Assembly: GCA_035084275.1 (NCBI GenBank)
Contig: CM068742.1
Coordinates: forward strand, 96,286,001-96,350,000
Direction: 5' to 3'
DNA from: Hydrolagus colliei
Taxonomy: Eukaryota
Length of the DNA: 64,000 bases
The notes beneath the pieces were generated by a model. That model made no database searches, was not told the origin of the DNA, and saw only the letters and a list, made by a program, of their open reading frames with translations. This document shows positions 25,301 through 37,700 of this stretch, in pieces. Each line of letters starts with the position of its first letter. The stretch's first letter is position 1. A program made the translations under genes and the position numbers.

Positions 25301-28300
25301 CCCCTTCTCCCTGCCCCCCAAAAATGCTTGGGCTCCAAATCCATTTTTGTAAAGTGTTTTAAGACATTCTCCTAAATGAGAGGCACCACAAAAATAGAAT
25401 TTCTATTTCTTGAGCTGGTCTCATACTCTTTACATTCAAACAAAATAATCTCAGATCTGTTACTTATTAAGAATTCCACTGTTGACTTTGCATCAATTTG
25501 ACGAAAAGCTGTAGCGCACCCAACCTCTCCGAGCAGCACGCAAACATCAGTTCATTTCATTGCTTATTTAGCTTTATCTCATCTGCAATTCTTTTGCCAC
25601 TATTCATTTCACACTATTCAGTTCCTATGCTCATTTCACATAATGTTCAAATGAAGTTAAAAGTTCTAAAAATGGCTTTTACGCAACACTTTTTTGAATT
25701 ATTCAGTATGCTTAAAAATGCAATCTAATGTTCTAATATTAAATTCCATTCTGATCCTGCACTATGGACTTTATAGTGCCACTTAACACATTCTATAACT
25801 TATGGACCAGTTCAATGGTCCAGCAGTTTTGTAACTAAATTAAATTCCATTTATCCTTTTGTCCCCAGAAAACTTGAATTCTTCCATATTTTATGATGTT
25901 TTGCCTCTTCGCTCTGTTCAACAACATTTGTTTACAAAGATTCTTATTACTCACCTCAAAATTGATGTGCCCATTCATCAGACGGTTTGCACATCCCTCG
26001 TTTAAAAAGTAAATGTCCTTGATCAACAGGCTGAAGAATGGAATGACAATCTGTCCAAACAAAAAACACAAACACTTTGAGGTGAAAACCCATTAGCTGA
26101 GCCCTTTTGGTAGAAGTAAGAAGGCTGTAAAAGCATCCAAACAAGACAACTGCTCTGAAAATACACAACAACATGCATTTATACAGTGCCTTTCACCCAG
26201 GACAGCATCTCACAATACTAATGAACTGTGTAGTAGCAGAGTCTGACATTGGGCCGAAGGGAGGGAGGAGTTGGGTTGTGAGCATTGTCGAAGAGGACTT
26301 CAGTCATGTGTTTAAAAAAAAGGGAAGGAGGGCCAAAGGTGGAGTGACTGAGGAAGAGAGTTCCAAAGTTTTGGGGAAAAGTGGCTGAAAGCACTTTCGC
26401 TCCATTTTCGGTGGAGCGAAAGTCATGAGGGATAAGCAGCAGGCCAGAGCCAGTTCAGTGAAAGCGACGGATGATGGAGTGTGGAGGATGGGGAAATGAG
26501 GTACAGATGTCCCAAAGTGCCATCAAAGCAGTACATTGATCTTAAAGCGGGCTTTACAGGCAGGTATGGTGGGGATGAGTTTGATGGACTCTTGAGATAG
26601 AAATCCAGAAAGCAGGGCAAGTGACTGAAAGCTCACACTAAATAGCATGGGTCTTGAGGAGGAAACCCCTAAACTTTGGCTCTGCCTTGAGATGGTTTAG
26701 AAGTGAAGCTCTCTTTGGTCGGCATGAGCTACATAGGGTTCTCTGACATGACTCATTTTACCCAACAAGACATGTTTCTGGCATTCTTGTAGACAAAACA
26801 TTGCAGTTTTACTGTTCAAGCAACATTTCAAACCCAGTGTCCCCTCAGTTAATTGCACATCAATGATTGTGTCTCATAACTGATGATCTGGCAGGTCAGA
26901 GTGAATGGCTAATAATAGATTACTCCAGCATATGAAAACACGCACAATATGATAGACTGCATCTGCCAGGATTCAATATTTGAATTATTTTTTTTTTAAG
27001 TACTTAGTGTTTAAATTACTACAGGATTACACTCAACACATTACAATTCTTGTACATCCGCTTTGTATAAGCGGATTCTTCAGCATTCACACAGCACTCC
27101 CAAAGCTTTTAAAAATCAACGCAGTAAAATTATCCATATGGGTCAATCCTCGCACTTTTTTTCTTAAGCAACATTCAAACACATTTCTTCGAGCTTTTTT
27201 CAAGCATCTTTGTTTTTTAACACTGTGTCACCACCGTTTAATCTCTTTCTAAGCTTCAAAGCTTTGTTTTGGACATGTGATAAGCAATGCTGGTAACCAA
27301 ACGTAACCCGCATTTAGCAAATTACTTTTCAGTTGAGACACTATTGTGAACCAGGGTTACAGATTCCGGTCTATCATCATTCAAGCTTTGGCAACCCTGA
27401 TATGTAAATTGACCGTATTCAGAAACATCAATGGAAGGAATAATTGCACTATATAAATATTGGGTTCTGACATGCTTTACATTTTGAAATGTTTAATGCA
27501 TTGACTATTAATAATAATAATAATTCCTGCTTTTATGTCTGGAGAACATCTCAAAATGCTTCACTGGATTTACTGTATAGTATATACTGTAACGACTGTA
27601 TTCTGTACCCCAGTAGAAGAAAACAAAAGGCAAACATCATCAGGAAAGAAAGATTGAAAAACTAAATGAACGGAATGGTAAAAGAGACTTTTTAAAAATC
27701 TGGCAGGCTTGTCGATAACTGCGTCTGATCAAATTGCGTGAAATGTTATCTCTGAGACTTGAAAATTGGACATTACTCCAATCTTACTGTTGACACAATT
27801 ACATTTTGTACACACACCTTAAAAGTCACAAAACAAACGAGAGAGCTTACGTTCCTACTGATCAAGGTGAATAAATTGTTAAAGGGAAGCTGAAATAGTA
27901 TGTATTCATGTAGTCAGACACTCAAGAGCGGGAAGTAGGCTGGGTCAGAGGGGAAAAAGAAAGTTCCTTACTCAGCACTTGCTGCCACAATGCCTCCAGA
28001 AAATAAATGATTTAAGAAGTGAGGCCCACTGGATTCTACACGATTTCCCTGGAGAATTTATTCACTCACCCTGCACAAATATCACATTTTAGACATTCCT
28101 GATATATAATGCATACAGAACTCCATAGTACAACCTATAACTCTTTTAGTGTCGAGTCTTATTAGAAACTATGTAGCCTAATGCTGAAGGCACATTTATA
28201 AGCTGTCAGTTATGGTTATCTGTCACTTACCTTTTCCCTGTTACTGTGAGCTGTCAGAGACCTCTGTGCTGCTCCTCGTAGAGCTGTCCTGTAGTTGTAA

Positions 28301-31300
28301 AAATTGCTAGAAGGATCCATTTGATGCTACATAAAAAAAGTAACAAATAATATAGTATTAACAATAATTCCAGTTGCATTTAATTTTACATTTAAAGCAT
28401 CGAGAACGTCTCAAAGTGCTTTACAAAATTTTTAGAAGGCTTGCATTTTGTAGGTGAACATGGCAGCTAATTATCCCATAAAAGGCTATCAAGTGAATTA
28501 CCTGTCTTTATCTGGAGGATTGTTTGCCAGGACTCTCTTCACTTGGGAAATGGAGAATAGGCAGCAATTAGCCAAAGGTATATTTGAGGCACACAGGAGG
28601 GACTTCGGTTTAGCATCTCATCCAAAGGATGGCACCACCAACAATGCAGCACACCAGCACAGCATTGCAGTGTCATCTTAGATGATATAATAATGATCCT
28701 TGTGTTTCATAAAGCGCTTTTCACACCTTCTAGACGTCTCAAAGCGCTTCACAGAATATACTGTAAAGTGAATTGACTGTATAATAATCCTTGCATTTGA
28801 TATAGCGCTTTCCACATTTTATCAACGTCCCAAAGCGCTTCACAGAATACACTGTAAAGTGAATTGACTGTATATATTTGTGGGCGAATCGCGGCAGCCA
28901 ATTGCGCACAGCAGTGTCCCACACACAGTCGTGGATTGAAATGACCAATTTTATTATTGTGATTTTTTTGGAGGGATTATTATTAGGCATGTGGAGTAAG
29001 GAAACTTGCCCAAGGTTTCGCCCTGACCTGCCTGGATTCGAACACAGGTCTCCCCAGCTTGCAAGACAAGTGCTCTAACCACTGAGCCACAGTATATTTG
29101 TGGGCGAAACGCGGCAGCCAATTGCCCACAGCCGTGTACACAGACAGCCCTGGATTGAAATGACCAATCTATTATTTTTTTTTAGGGATTATTGGCGTGT
29201 GGAGTAAGGAAACTTGCCCAAGTTTGGGTTCCAAGTCCTAATATGGGGCGGGGGGCTTGAACCCACAATCTTCTGACTCAGAGGCAATTGTGCTACCAGC
29301 TGAGCCTGGCTGACACGTTAATGGCTTGTATCTATTATACACTTTTTAATTGACTATTGTTAATTGTTATTGCCATTCCCAAATGTGCACAATGATCTTA
29401 AACCTCTTAAAAGCTTACACCCTCCTGGAAACATAGCTGGCTCACAACACAAATGAGCAGTGCAATCTGTTAGTGATGATGACATCACATAATTAACAAG
29501 AAGTGTCTGCCTACCTCCAGAATATCAAACTTGGCAGTTTTGATTTTTGCCCATGTTTTCTTGAGTCTGGAGACAGGACTCATGTTCATTCCAGCTGAAA
29601 AAGTGAAAAATTACATATTGAAATAGTTCAGTTCAGTTAATGCATTGCGGGAAGATAAGCAACTTCAGTTCAGCACTCCATAAGCTTCACATAAATAGAC
29701 AGGTTCTTAATCTATCTTTAGAATAGCTTTGCCTTTAGTGATATATATATCTGCTACACAGTAGTAAAATCTGATGCAGTTTAAACCTGCTTTCTCTGGA
29801 GGTGGCTGCTATTAAGTCCCAGGGGAGTGTCCATCTCAACTTCTCGAGAAAACAGTAAGATGGATAGGTATTTTATCCTATATTATCTATATTTTTGTCA
29901 GGTTCATCGAGCCCCCTACAGGCCACCAACTTCGATATTGCACACCCAGTTCAAAATGTCCACCCACTTGTTTTGCCTGTCAGATCATTTTGTCATCAAA
30001 ATTTAAATCACATAATATTTGATTTGGAAAATTCTTCAAATTTATTCACAATTTGGTTGCTGGTTTTCCACTTGGTTTAAAAAGAATCAGCTTCACAATT
30101 AAGAATTATTTGCAATTCTGCATGATTTTGAGGTAAAATGGACTCGCAGGTTAAGACCAGGTGGGATTTCAGGCAACTGGCCTGTTGCAAATTAAAAACA
30201 ACAACTTTGATTGATATAATGCCCTCCACACCAGACGGAGGCTCAGAATGCTTCACAATAATGGATCCCGGACCCGAGCCAGGAGAAAAGAGTATCCAAA
30301 GGTGCGGTCGAAGATAAAGGTCTTCAGCTGAGACCTGAAACTGGGAAGAGAGGGGCAGAAGCAAAGTGAGGGAGTTCCAGAGCCTCGGGGTGTAGTGGCT
30401 GAAGGCATGGCCGCCGATGGTGGAGCGGAGGATTTGGGGGACAAGGAGGAGGCCAGACCCGGTGGAGCGACGACAGTAGGTGCTGGTTTGAGGAGAGAGG
30501 ACGTCGGAGAGGTAGGGGGTGCAGAGGAGTGGAGGGATTTGAAAACCAGGGTGAGGATCTTGAAATCTGTCCTCTCCGGGACAAGGAGCCAGTGAAGTCT
30601 GGCAAGGACTGGGGTAATGGGAGAGCGAAGTTTGGTTCGGGTAAGAATTCGGGCAGCAGAGTTTTGAATAAGTTGGATTTTATGGTTTGTGGTAGAGGGG
30701 AGACCAGCGAGGAGGGCATTGGAAATAGTCCAGGAGAGGTGACAAAGGCATGGACCAGGGTTTCAGCGGCTTTTGGGGCGAGATATTGCCAGAAACGGGT
30801 GATCCGTCGGAGGTAGAAGAAGATGGTCGGAGGTTGCGCATGGGTTTGGAGAGTTTTAGGGTCAGGCCGGGAAGGTGGAGGAGGTGAGAGCCGTGCGATT
30901 GAAGACGATGACGAGAGCCAGAGTATGGCTTCTGTCTTGTCAACATTCAGCTGCAGGAAGTTCACGCTCATCCAGCTCCTGATGTCGACAGGCAGGCTGA
31001 CAGAATATCAGGGGACTGGGGGGTCTCAAAGTGAGGTGGAGAGATAGAGTTGGGTGTCATCCACGTACATGTGGAAGTGTACCCCATGTCTGCGGTTGAC
31101 GTCCCCAAGAGGGAGCAAATAGATGAGGAAGAGGAGTGGGCAAAAGATGGATGTAAAAACAGAGGTCCTGTGGGAGTTCTCGCTGTGCAATTACATCCAA
31201 AGTCTGTGCTTTAGAATTTTTTCTTAATAAATAGGGGAGGAATTTAGGATCAGTGACTACAGGATATCTCAGAGCTCGATTGTATTCGAGATATCTTGGC

Positions 31301-31715
31301 ATATAAACCAAACCACCTCTAAGAAATTTTGAGGTAGACTGACCCGATAATCTCTGGTCTCCTGGTTTGAACTAGAGAATTGTAATATCTGATATACTGA
31401 AAAGACAATGAGTTCCACTTCTTTATTCTCAAATTCTTAATTTAATTGAATGTTAATTACAGGTTCCAATATATCTTTTGACAGAATAATGCAGCACAAT
31501 GCCAGGCAATTATACAGACACATTAATGGCATCAAGGACCGTGAATCACTTCAGCACATGGCAACAGTATTACAAATGACCCTTATTATCTTGAACAAAA
31601 ATTGATAAACGATCTGCACAGAATTAAGTGATATTGATATGCGCAAAAGCACTTCTGTATTGTTGAATGACTGCTTTAATACCTCTTACACTAGGTATTA
31701 GCACCTCTGGCTGCA

Positions 31716-31746
<31 letters not shown>

Positions 31747-34700
31747 GATATATAGATATATATATATATATATATATATAGGTGCTCAGTGCCTCTCACA
31801 GTTTAGCCCCAACTTTTATATCTAAAATGTCTCGTAATTATTCAGGATCACCCAGAATCGTTCTAATCACTCTCCTCTGAACCGTGGAGAACAAATGATG
31901 ATGGTAGGGGACCCAAAACTGTATTCGATGTGCAGCTGAACAAGGACAAGACGGTAGCTATACTTTTTGGCTCCTGGCAACATCTTCACTCCTGTGGTTC
32001 TAAATTCAACCTCCCTGGGCTCTCCCTCAGACTCAATGAACCAGTGTGCAATCTAGGCATCCGGTTTGACCCCAAGTTGTCCTTTGTCTCCCACATCTGG
32101 TCCGTGACCAGGACAGCCTTCTTCCACTTTTGTCGCATTTTCCACCTCAGACCATACCTTACCCCAAATGCAGCGGAAACCCTTGTACGTGCATTTTTTC
32201 ACCTCCCATTGGCACACCTCGCCAGTCTCCCTAACTCCACCATTCAAAAGATCCAGCTGATTCAGAACTCACAGCCCACATTATTGACCCGGACCAAACT
32301 CCATACCCACGTCTCACAAGTTCTGGCCAGACTCCTCTGGTTCCCCATCACTAAATGGATTGACTTCAAGATCCTCACACCCATGTTCAAATCCATTCAC
32401 TCTCTGGCAACTCCCTACCTCTCCGACCTCCTCATTCCCAGATCCACCACCAGGTGCCTCCGCTCGACTGACACTGGCCTCCTGCTCGTCCTTCACACCT
32501 TCCACCCAACCATCAGAGGTCGCGCTTTCAGCCATTATGTGTGGCCCCTCCCCCAACTCTCAATCACCCTCCCTCAGTCCCTCCATCTTGCCCCCTCTCT
32601 CCCACTTTTCATGTCCCACCTGAAATCCTTCCACTTCTACCGTGCCTATGGCCACCTCCCACCAAACCCCAGCCCCTCAGCTCAGACTCAAGCTCCGCAA
32701 CTGTTAAGTGCTCTGAGATGCTACCCAGTGTGGAAGGCGCTATATAAGTGCAAGTTATTGTTGTTTTTATTCAATGGGAGATCTTTGGGTTATGTCCTTA
32801 TAATGGGATTCCTTCCCCCAAGTGATTCATTTTAGTGATCAGTATTTTGTTTTGGTGAGGCAGCTGTCTGATAGATACGAACCCCTTTCAGCATGTTTAA
32901 GAGTATCCAAACCAGATTTAAGAGTTTCATATGTTTATACTATCTACACATAGAAACGTCCCTGTTTCTGAAATGGAATGCATACTCTCTCTCCTAACTT
33001 GCTTATCTAAATTCAAATTATTAGCTGTACTTTGGTATGCGCTGAGGGATGGAGAATCCCAGAGTATGCAGTAGAGAATTGCTGGAGGTTGAAGTCAGAA
33101 CACTGTCTGGCAAGCTTACTGGCACTTGTCCAGGCAGGACCACTCTATCTATAGGTGTTTGGCTTAAAACAAAATCAAATTACATACAGCTTTCACATCG
33201 GGAGCACATCCCAAAGCGCTGGATTGATAGGGATTTAAACACAAGCACGTGGTTGGGATCAAAGAATAGGCTGGAGTTTTCTGAAGAGAGGGAGAGCACA
33301 GGTTGATATGGGGTCAGCAGATCATAGAAGGAGGGTCTTCAAGGTGAAGTTGAGGATTTTGAACTTTATCCTCTGGGGGTTGGGGAGCCAGTGAAGCCGG
33401 GTGAGGGTGATACAGTCACGGAGCCTCGTGTGGGAGAGGCCACAAGCTGCAGGGTTCTAGATGATCTGCAGCTTGTGGAAGGAAGAGTTGGGAAGGCTGA
33501 CAAGCAGAGAGGTGGAGTAGTTGAGCCTAGATGTGATGAACATGGATCAGGGTTTTGGCGGCCTGAGGGGAGAGATGGTAGTGGAGTCGAGCGATGATGC
33601 GGAGGTGGGTAAAGGCAGAGAGGTCATGGTATGGATGTGGGATAGAAAGGCTCGTTGAAGGTCAAACAAGCCAAGCTTCCGGACTGGCTCAGTGAGGTGG
33701 AGGATGCATCCTAGGATTACAAGATTAACTAGAAGAATCCTTGCCTTGATTGATCCATCAGTCTGTCCTCCAAGTCCTGCCAACACGCCCGGCTAGCTGG
33801 TCTATCATTAGCAATGCCCTGCAGTATTGTGGACCCGCTAGCTCAGCAATGGGACTACCACGACTACACAGAAGGTCGATTCAATTCAGACATTCAGTTG
33901 TCAACCAAGTCTCCAACTTCAAGGAGACCCTGTTTACCTGCTCCCTCCCATCCTCCAAGGAAAGCCTCGGCACCATGGGATGTCCTCCCAATGTGTAATT
34001 GTAATTTTGTATTTTATAGTATGGAGATTTTGTAGACACAATTGAGGAAAAATGCACCATGTGTATTAACATTGTCGATGATCACACTGACCAAAATTAG
34101 ATCAACTGTGGTCTTCAGTCAATGGGGGCGAACCAACCCAGAGGCCAATGATAACTGTTGACTTCTTTTGATTATAATACTTTATATTTAATATTCAACT
34201 GTAATCCGATGAGCTATAAAAAGTAGTCACGATCTGTTCTCAGTTACTGCTTTTATATTATTGGTATGCTTCCCATTCCTCTTTGATAACACAACGCTAA
34301 CCAACTTAGCTGAAAAGACAGATATTGTACAGAAGCAATCTGCCCAAAGCTCCCAGTGTCACAAGCGTTGGCAATTTAAGGAAGTTTATGTGATAAATTC
34401 CTACAGATTGATTTTTTTTCCCTTTTGACTAAAATACCAACAGCAAATAAATGCCATGTGGGAGCATCAGCTGACCTGTCTCCAGGCCTCTCAGGTGCCT
34501 GGCATCTGTCTGGATACAAATGCAGCTGATAAGATGAAAACGTAGCGAGCTTACATACCTCAGATAAATTTAACAAATGATGCTGCACAGCTTTAATGAG
34601 AGTCTACCAGGGTGATTGATCTGTAATGTAAGTATTAAATCTCAATTTATGAGGAATACTCACATATAATTGCCATCAAGGAATTGAAGTTGCCGATGTT

Positions 34701-37700
34701 AAAGCACTCCCGAGCCACATCTATGAAATATTCTATTACTCGCGCTCTGTGCTTCTTCTTCACGGGCTGTGAGTGACAGATAAGAAAATTGGACTTTAGG
34801 TGAAACACTACCTTTCACTCAAGGGATCTGACAACTGAAATGCATAATAATGAGGCACAATTATTATGTCATCCACAGAGAGCCCATTCGAGCATGAGGA
34901 AGAGGTAAAGAGCTGACTCACCATACAGATCTCTGTCGCCACTAAATAACTGAGTCTGTTAAACCACTCCACGTATGCTTCCAGGTTGCTTGTCTTTTTC
35001 AGGTCACTGAAGCAGGTCTGTAACGTATAAAAAAAAGGGGAGATTCTTAATTCTGCTTGAAAAATTGATAACCGGGGTCTTCCATCACACTCACAGAATT
35101 AGAGATGTCAAGAATCCACACAGAAATGATCCTCATGGACACTGCGCTGAGAGAAAGGGGATTTGTCACTGGCAGACATGTCCTGTAATAAGCATGGTAC
35201 TGAGGCTGACAATTCACAAATGGTTTATGGTCACCTAAGTATAGAGTTGGCTCTGGTGAGCTCTGTTTCTAACCCTTATAATTATTTTTCATCTTGGAAA
35301 AAAATGTATGTCTTTGAAACTGAGCTAACAAATTGAAAATGTCCCCAGTTTGATCCCATGAGTTAGCTGATCTCAGTCAAGGACATTTGCCTCAACAGTC
35401 CTTGACTGTGTTAGAAAAAATAGCAGATCGCTATTCCATCACCCGCTGGTATTAAGTGCACTTGTGTGGGTATCAGAAGAGAACATAGTTTGGCCCGTGA
35501 TGGTTGAATGTGGTTGAACAGCTTGACAACAAATAATCCTAAAAATCCTTAAATTTGTTAAAGCACCTTATCAAGTCAGCAAGATGTCTCAAAGCACTTT
35601 GCAGGATATATTGTGAGATGAAGTGACTGTATATTTGCAGGCAAACACAGCAGCACAATTGGACATAGCAATGTCTCACAAACTGTTATGAAATGAGTGA
35701 CCAATTTTATTTTGGGATTGTTGACACAGGGGGAAACTCACTTCCCCTTTCGAATAGTGCCATGGCATCTTTAACGTCCACCTGAACAGGTAGACAGGAC
35801 CTTGGTTAACGTCTCTTCTGACGGACTTAAAAGCACATTAGAACTCAATCCAAGCACATGTGCCCAAAGTAGTTGCCCTTTTTCAATTTCTTCGTGGCAC
35901 AATGATCCTGAAACTGAGCAATGACCCTATTAAATTATATTGTGTTGCAAAAGCAAATTAGGGTTCACCTTGACTTCATCTGATCAACATTCTCCAACAC
36001 AAACAGGTGAACAAAACCAGAGTTGCTTTGTTTTATTGGTAGTTTCAAAGATACCTTTTCTGCTTTGTTTCTGACTCCTGAAGCTCAGTTCTCTCTCTGG
36101 CTCTCCAGCTGCACCCAAGGGTAAAATCAAATGCATTGCTAGCCAGTTCAATGATGTGCAACTCTATAATGAGTAGGTTGCTTACTAACTTGTAAATTAA
36201 GATGTCACTGTCTGCAACTCAAACCATTTATTTGATTTATATGGACTTGCTTGACTGTAAGCAGACAGGAGCTCATTACAATAGTGCTTCCTGTATCTGT
36301 TGCTTACTGTGGTTACAGTATGGGTTCCTTTACTGCCCACTAACCTAATTCTCTGCCTCAATGAAACATCTTTTGTTACACTCAACCATGTTTAGGCACC
36401 ATTCAGACTCAGATAGAAAAGTGGATGCTTTCAGCGGTCAGGCGATAAGGCCACGAGAATCCCTACAACAACAGATTAACTTTTTCAGTAGTTCAATTCA
36501 CTAGCCTTTGCAGATGTACAGAGCCATTGGGTAAATACATCTCCGCACCCACTCCTGATTGACGTTGGGTAATTATCACAGAACCACATGATCCCGCAGT
36601 CGAGGACTGGCAATGAGTGGAATATTTGCCACTATAAACTTCCCACATTACCACTTCTGATCAACTGTGGCATAAAGCAGACAAACCTTAATAGGTTCCA
36701 AATCAAATCCTGCTACACACACAATTTCCCAAATTAGATTTGTATTTGGCTGGGGAGACATTGTGATTTTCTTTTGAAAAGGAAAAAAACATGTTGCATA
36801 GTGTATTTCTCAGCCCCCTTCTGGGTTAGGTAAGAGAAAAGTCAGCCAGGGTGATCCACTGTTGAATGTATTTTTGTGGAGGGTAGGGTCCGGCGATATA
36901 TCTATATATCGGTTATATCCGATATAATTTTCATATCGATATGCCGATATAGGCATTTAAAAAATATCGATATATCGGGAAAGTCGATATATCAAATAAA
37001 ATCGGAATGCGCGCACACTGAACTACAAGACCCAGAATACTCATCTCTATACAGAATGCACAGACCGAGGTGCAAGCCGCCATATTGTATTCACAGTCCT
37101 TGAATACAATATACAGGTATGCAAGGGGTGAGGGGGGAGAGAGACGGGGGGGGGGGGGGGGGCGGCGAGAGAGACAGCGGCGGGGGGGAGAGAGACGGCG
37201 GAGGGGGGGAGAGACGACGGGGTGGGGGAGAGAGACGGCGGGGTGGGGGAGATGGACGGCAGGGGGTGGGGGGGGGAGACACGGGAGGGGCTGAGACGGA
37301 GAGAGACGGCGGGGGGGAAAGAGACGGCGGGGGGGAGAGAGACGACGGGGTGGGGGAGAGAGACGGCGGGGTGGGGGAGATGGACGGCGGGGGGTGGGGG
37401 GGGGGAGACACGGGAGGGGGGGAGACGGGGGGGATGTGATAATATAGGTAGGTAGGTAGGGAGGGAGGGAGGTAGATAGAGATGGTGGGGGGGGTGTGAG
37501 AGAGGAGAGAGTGAGTGTGAGAGACACAGAGAGACCTCCGAATTCGCACGCACCTCGCGACGCGCGCGCATGCGCAGTACGAAACCCCCCGAAAATATCG
37601 ATATTTCGGTATATCTCAATATGAGCCCATCTATATCTAAATCGGAAAATTTCCATATCGACGGACCCTAGTGGAGGGATATCATTGTCAGTAAGAGTTC

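Noticed and set aside
31930-32835. 301-aa ORF as a host gene
   Set aside because: It is the L2 ORF2 C-terminus reading through its own tail, with a non-ATG start.
36931-37656. Long Pro/Arg/Gly-rich ORFs on both strands (also 61006-61539)
   Set aside because: They arise from the G/C-rich minisatellite inside the hAT MITE; low complexity, with no transposase motifs.
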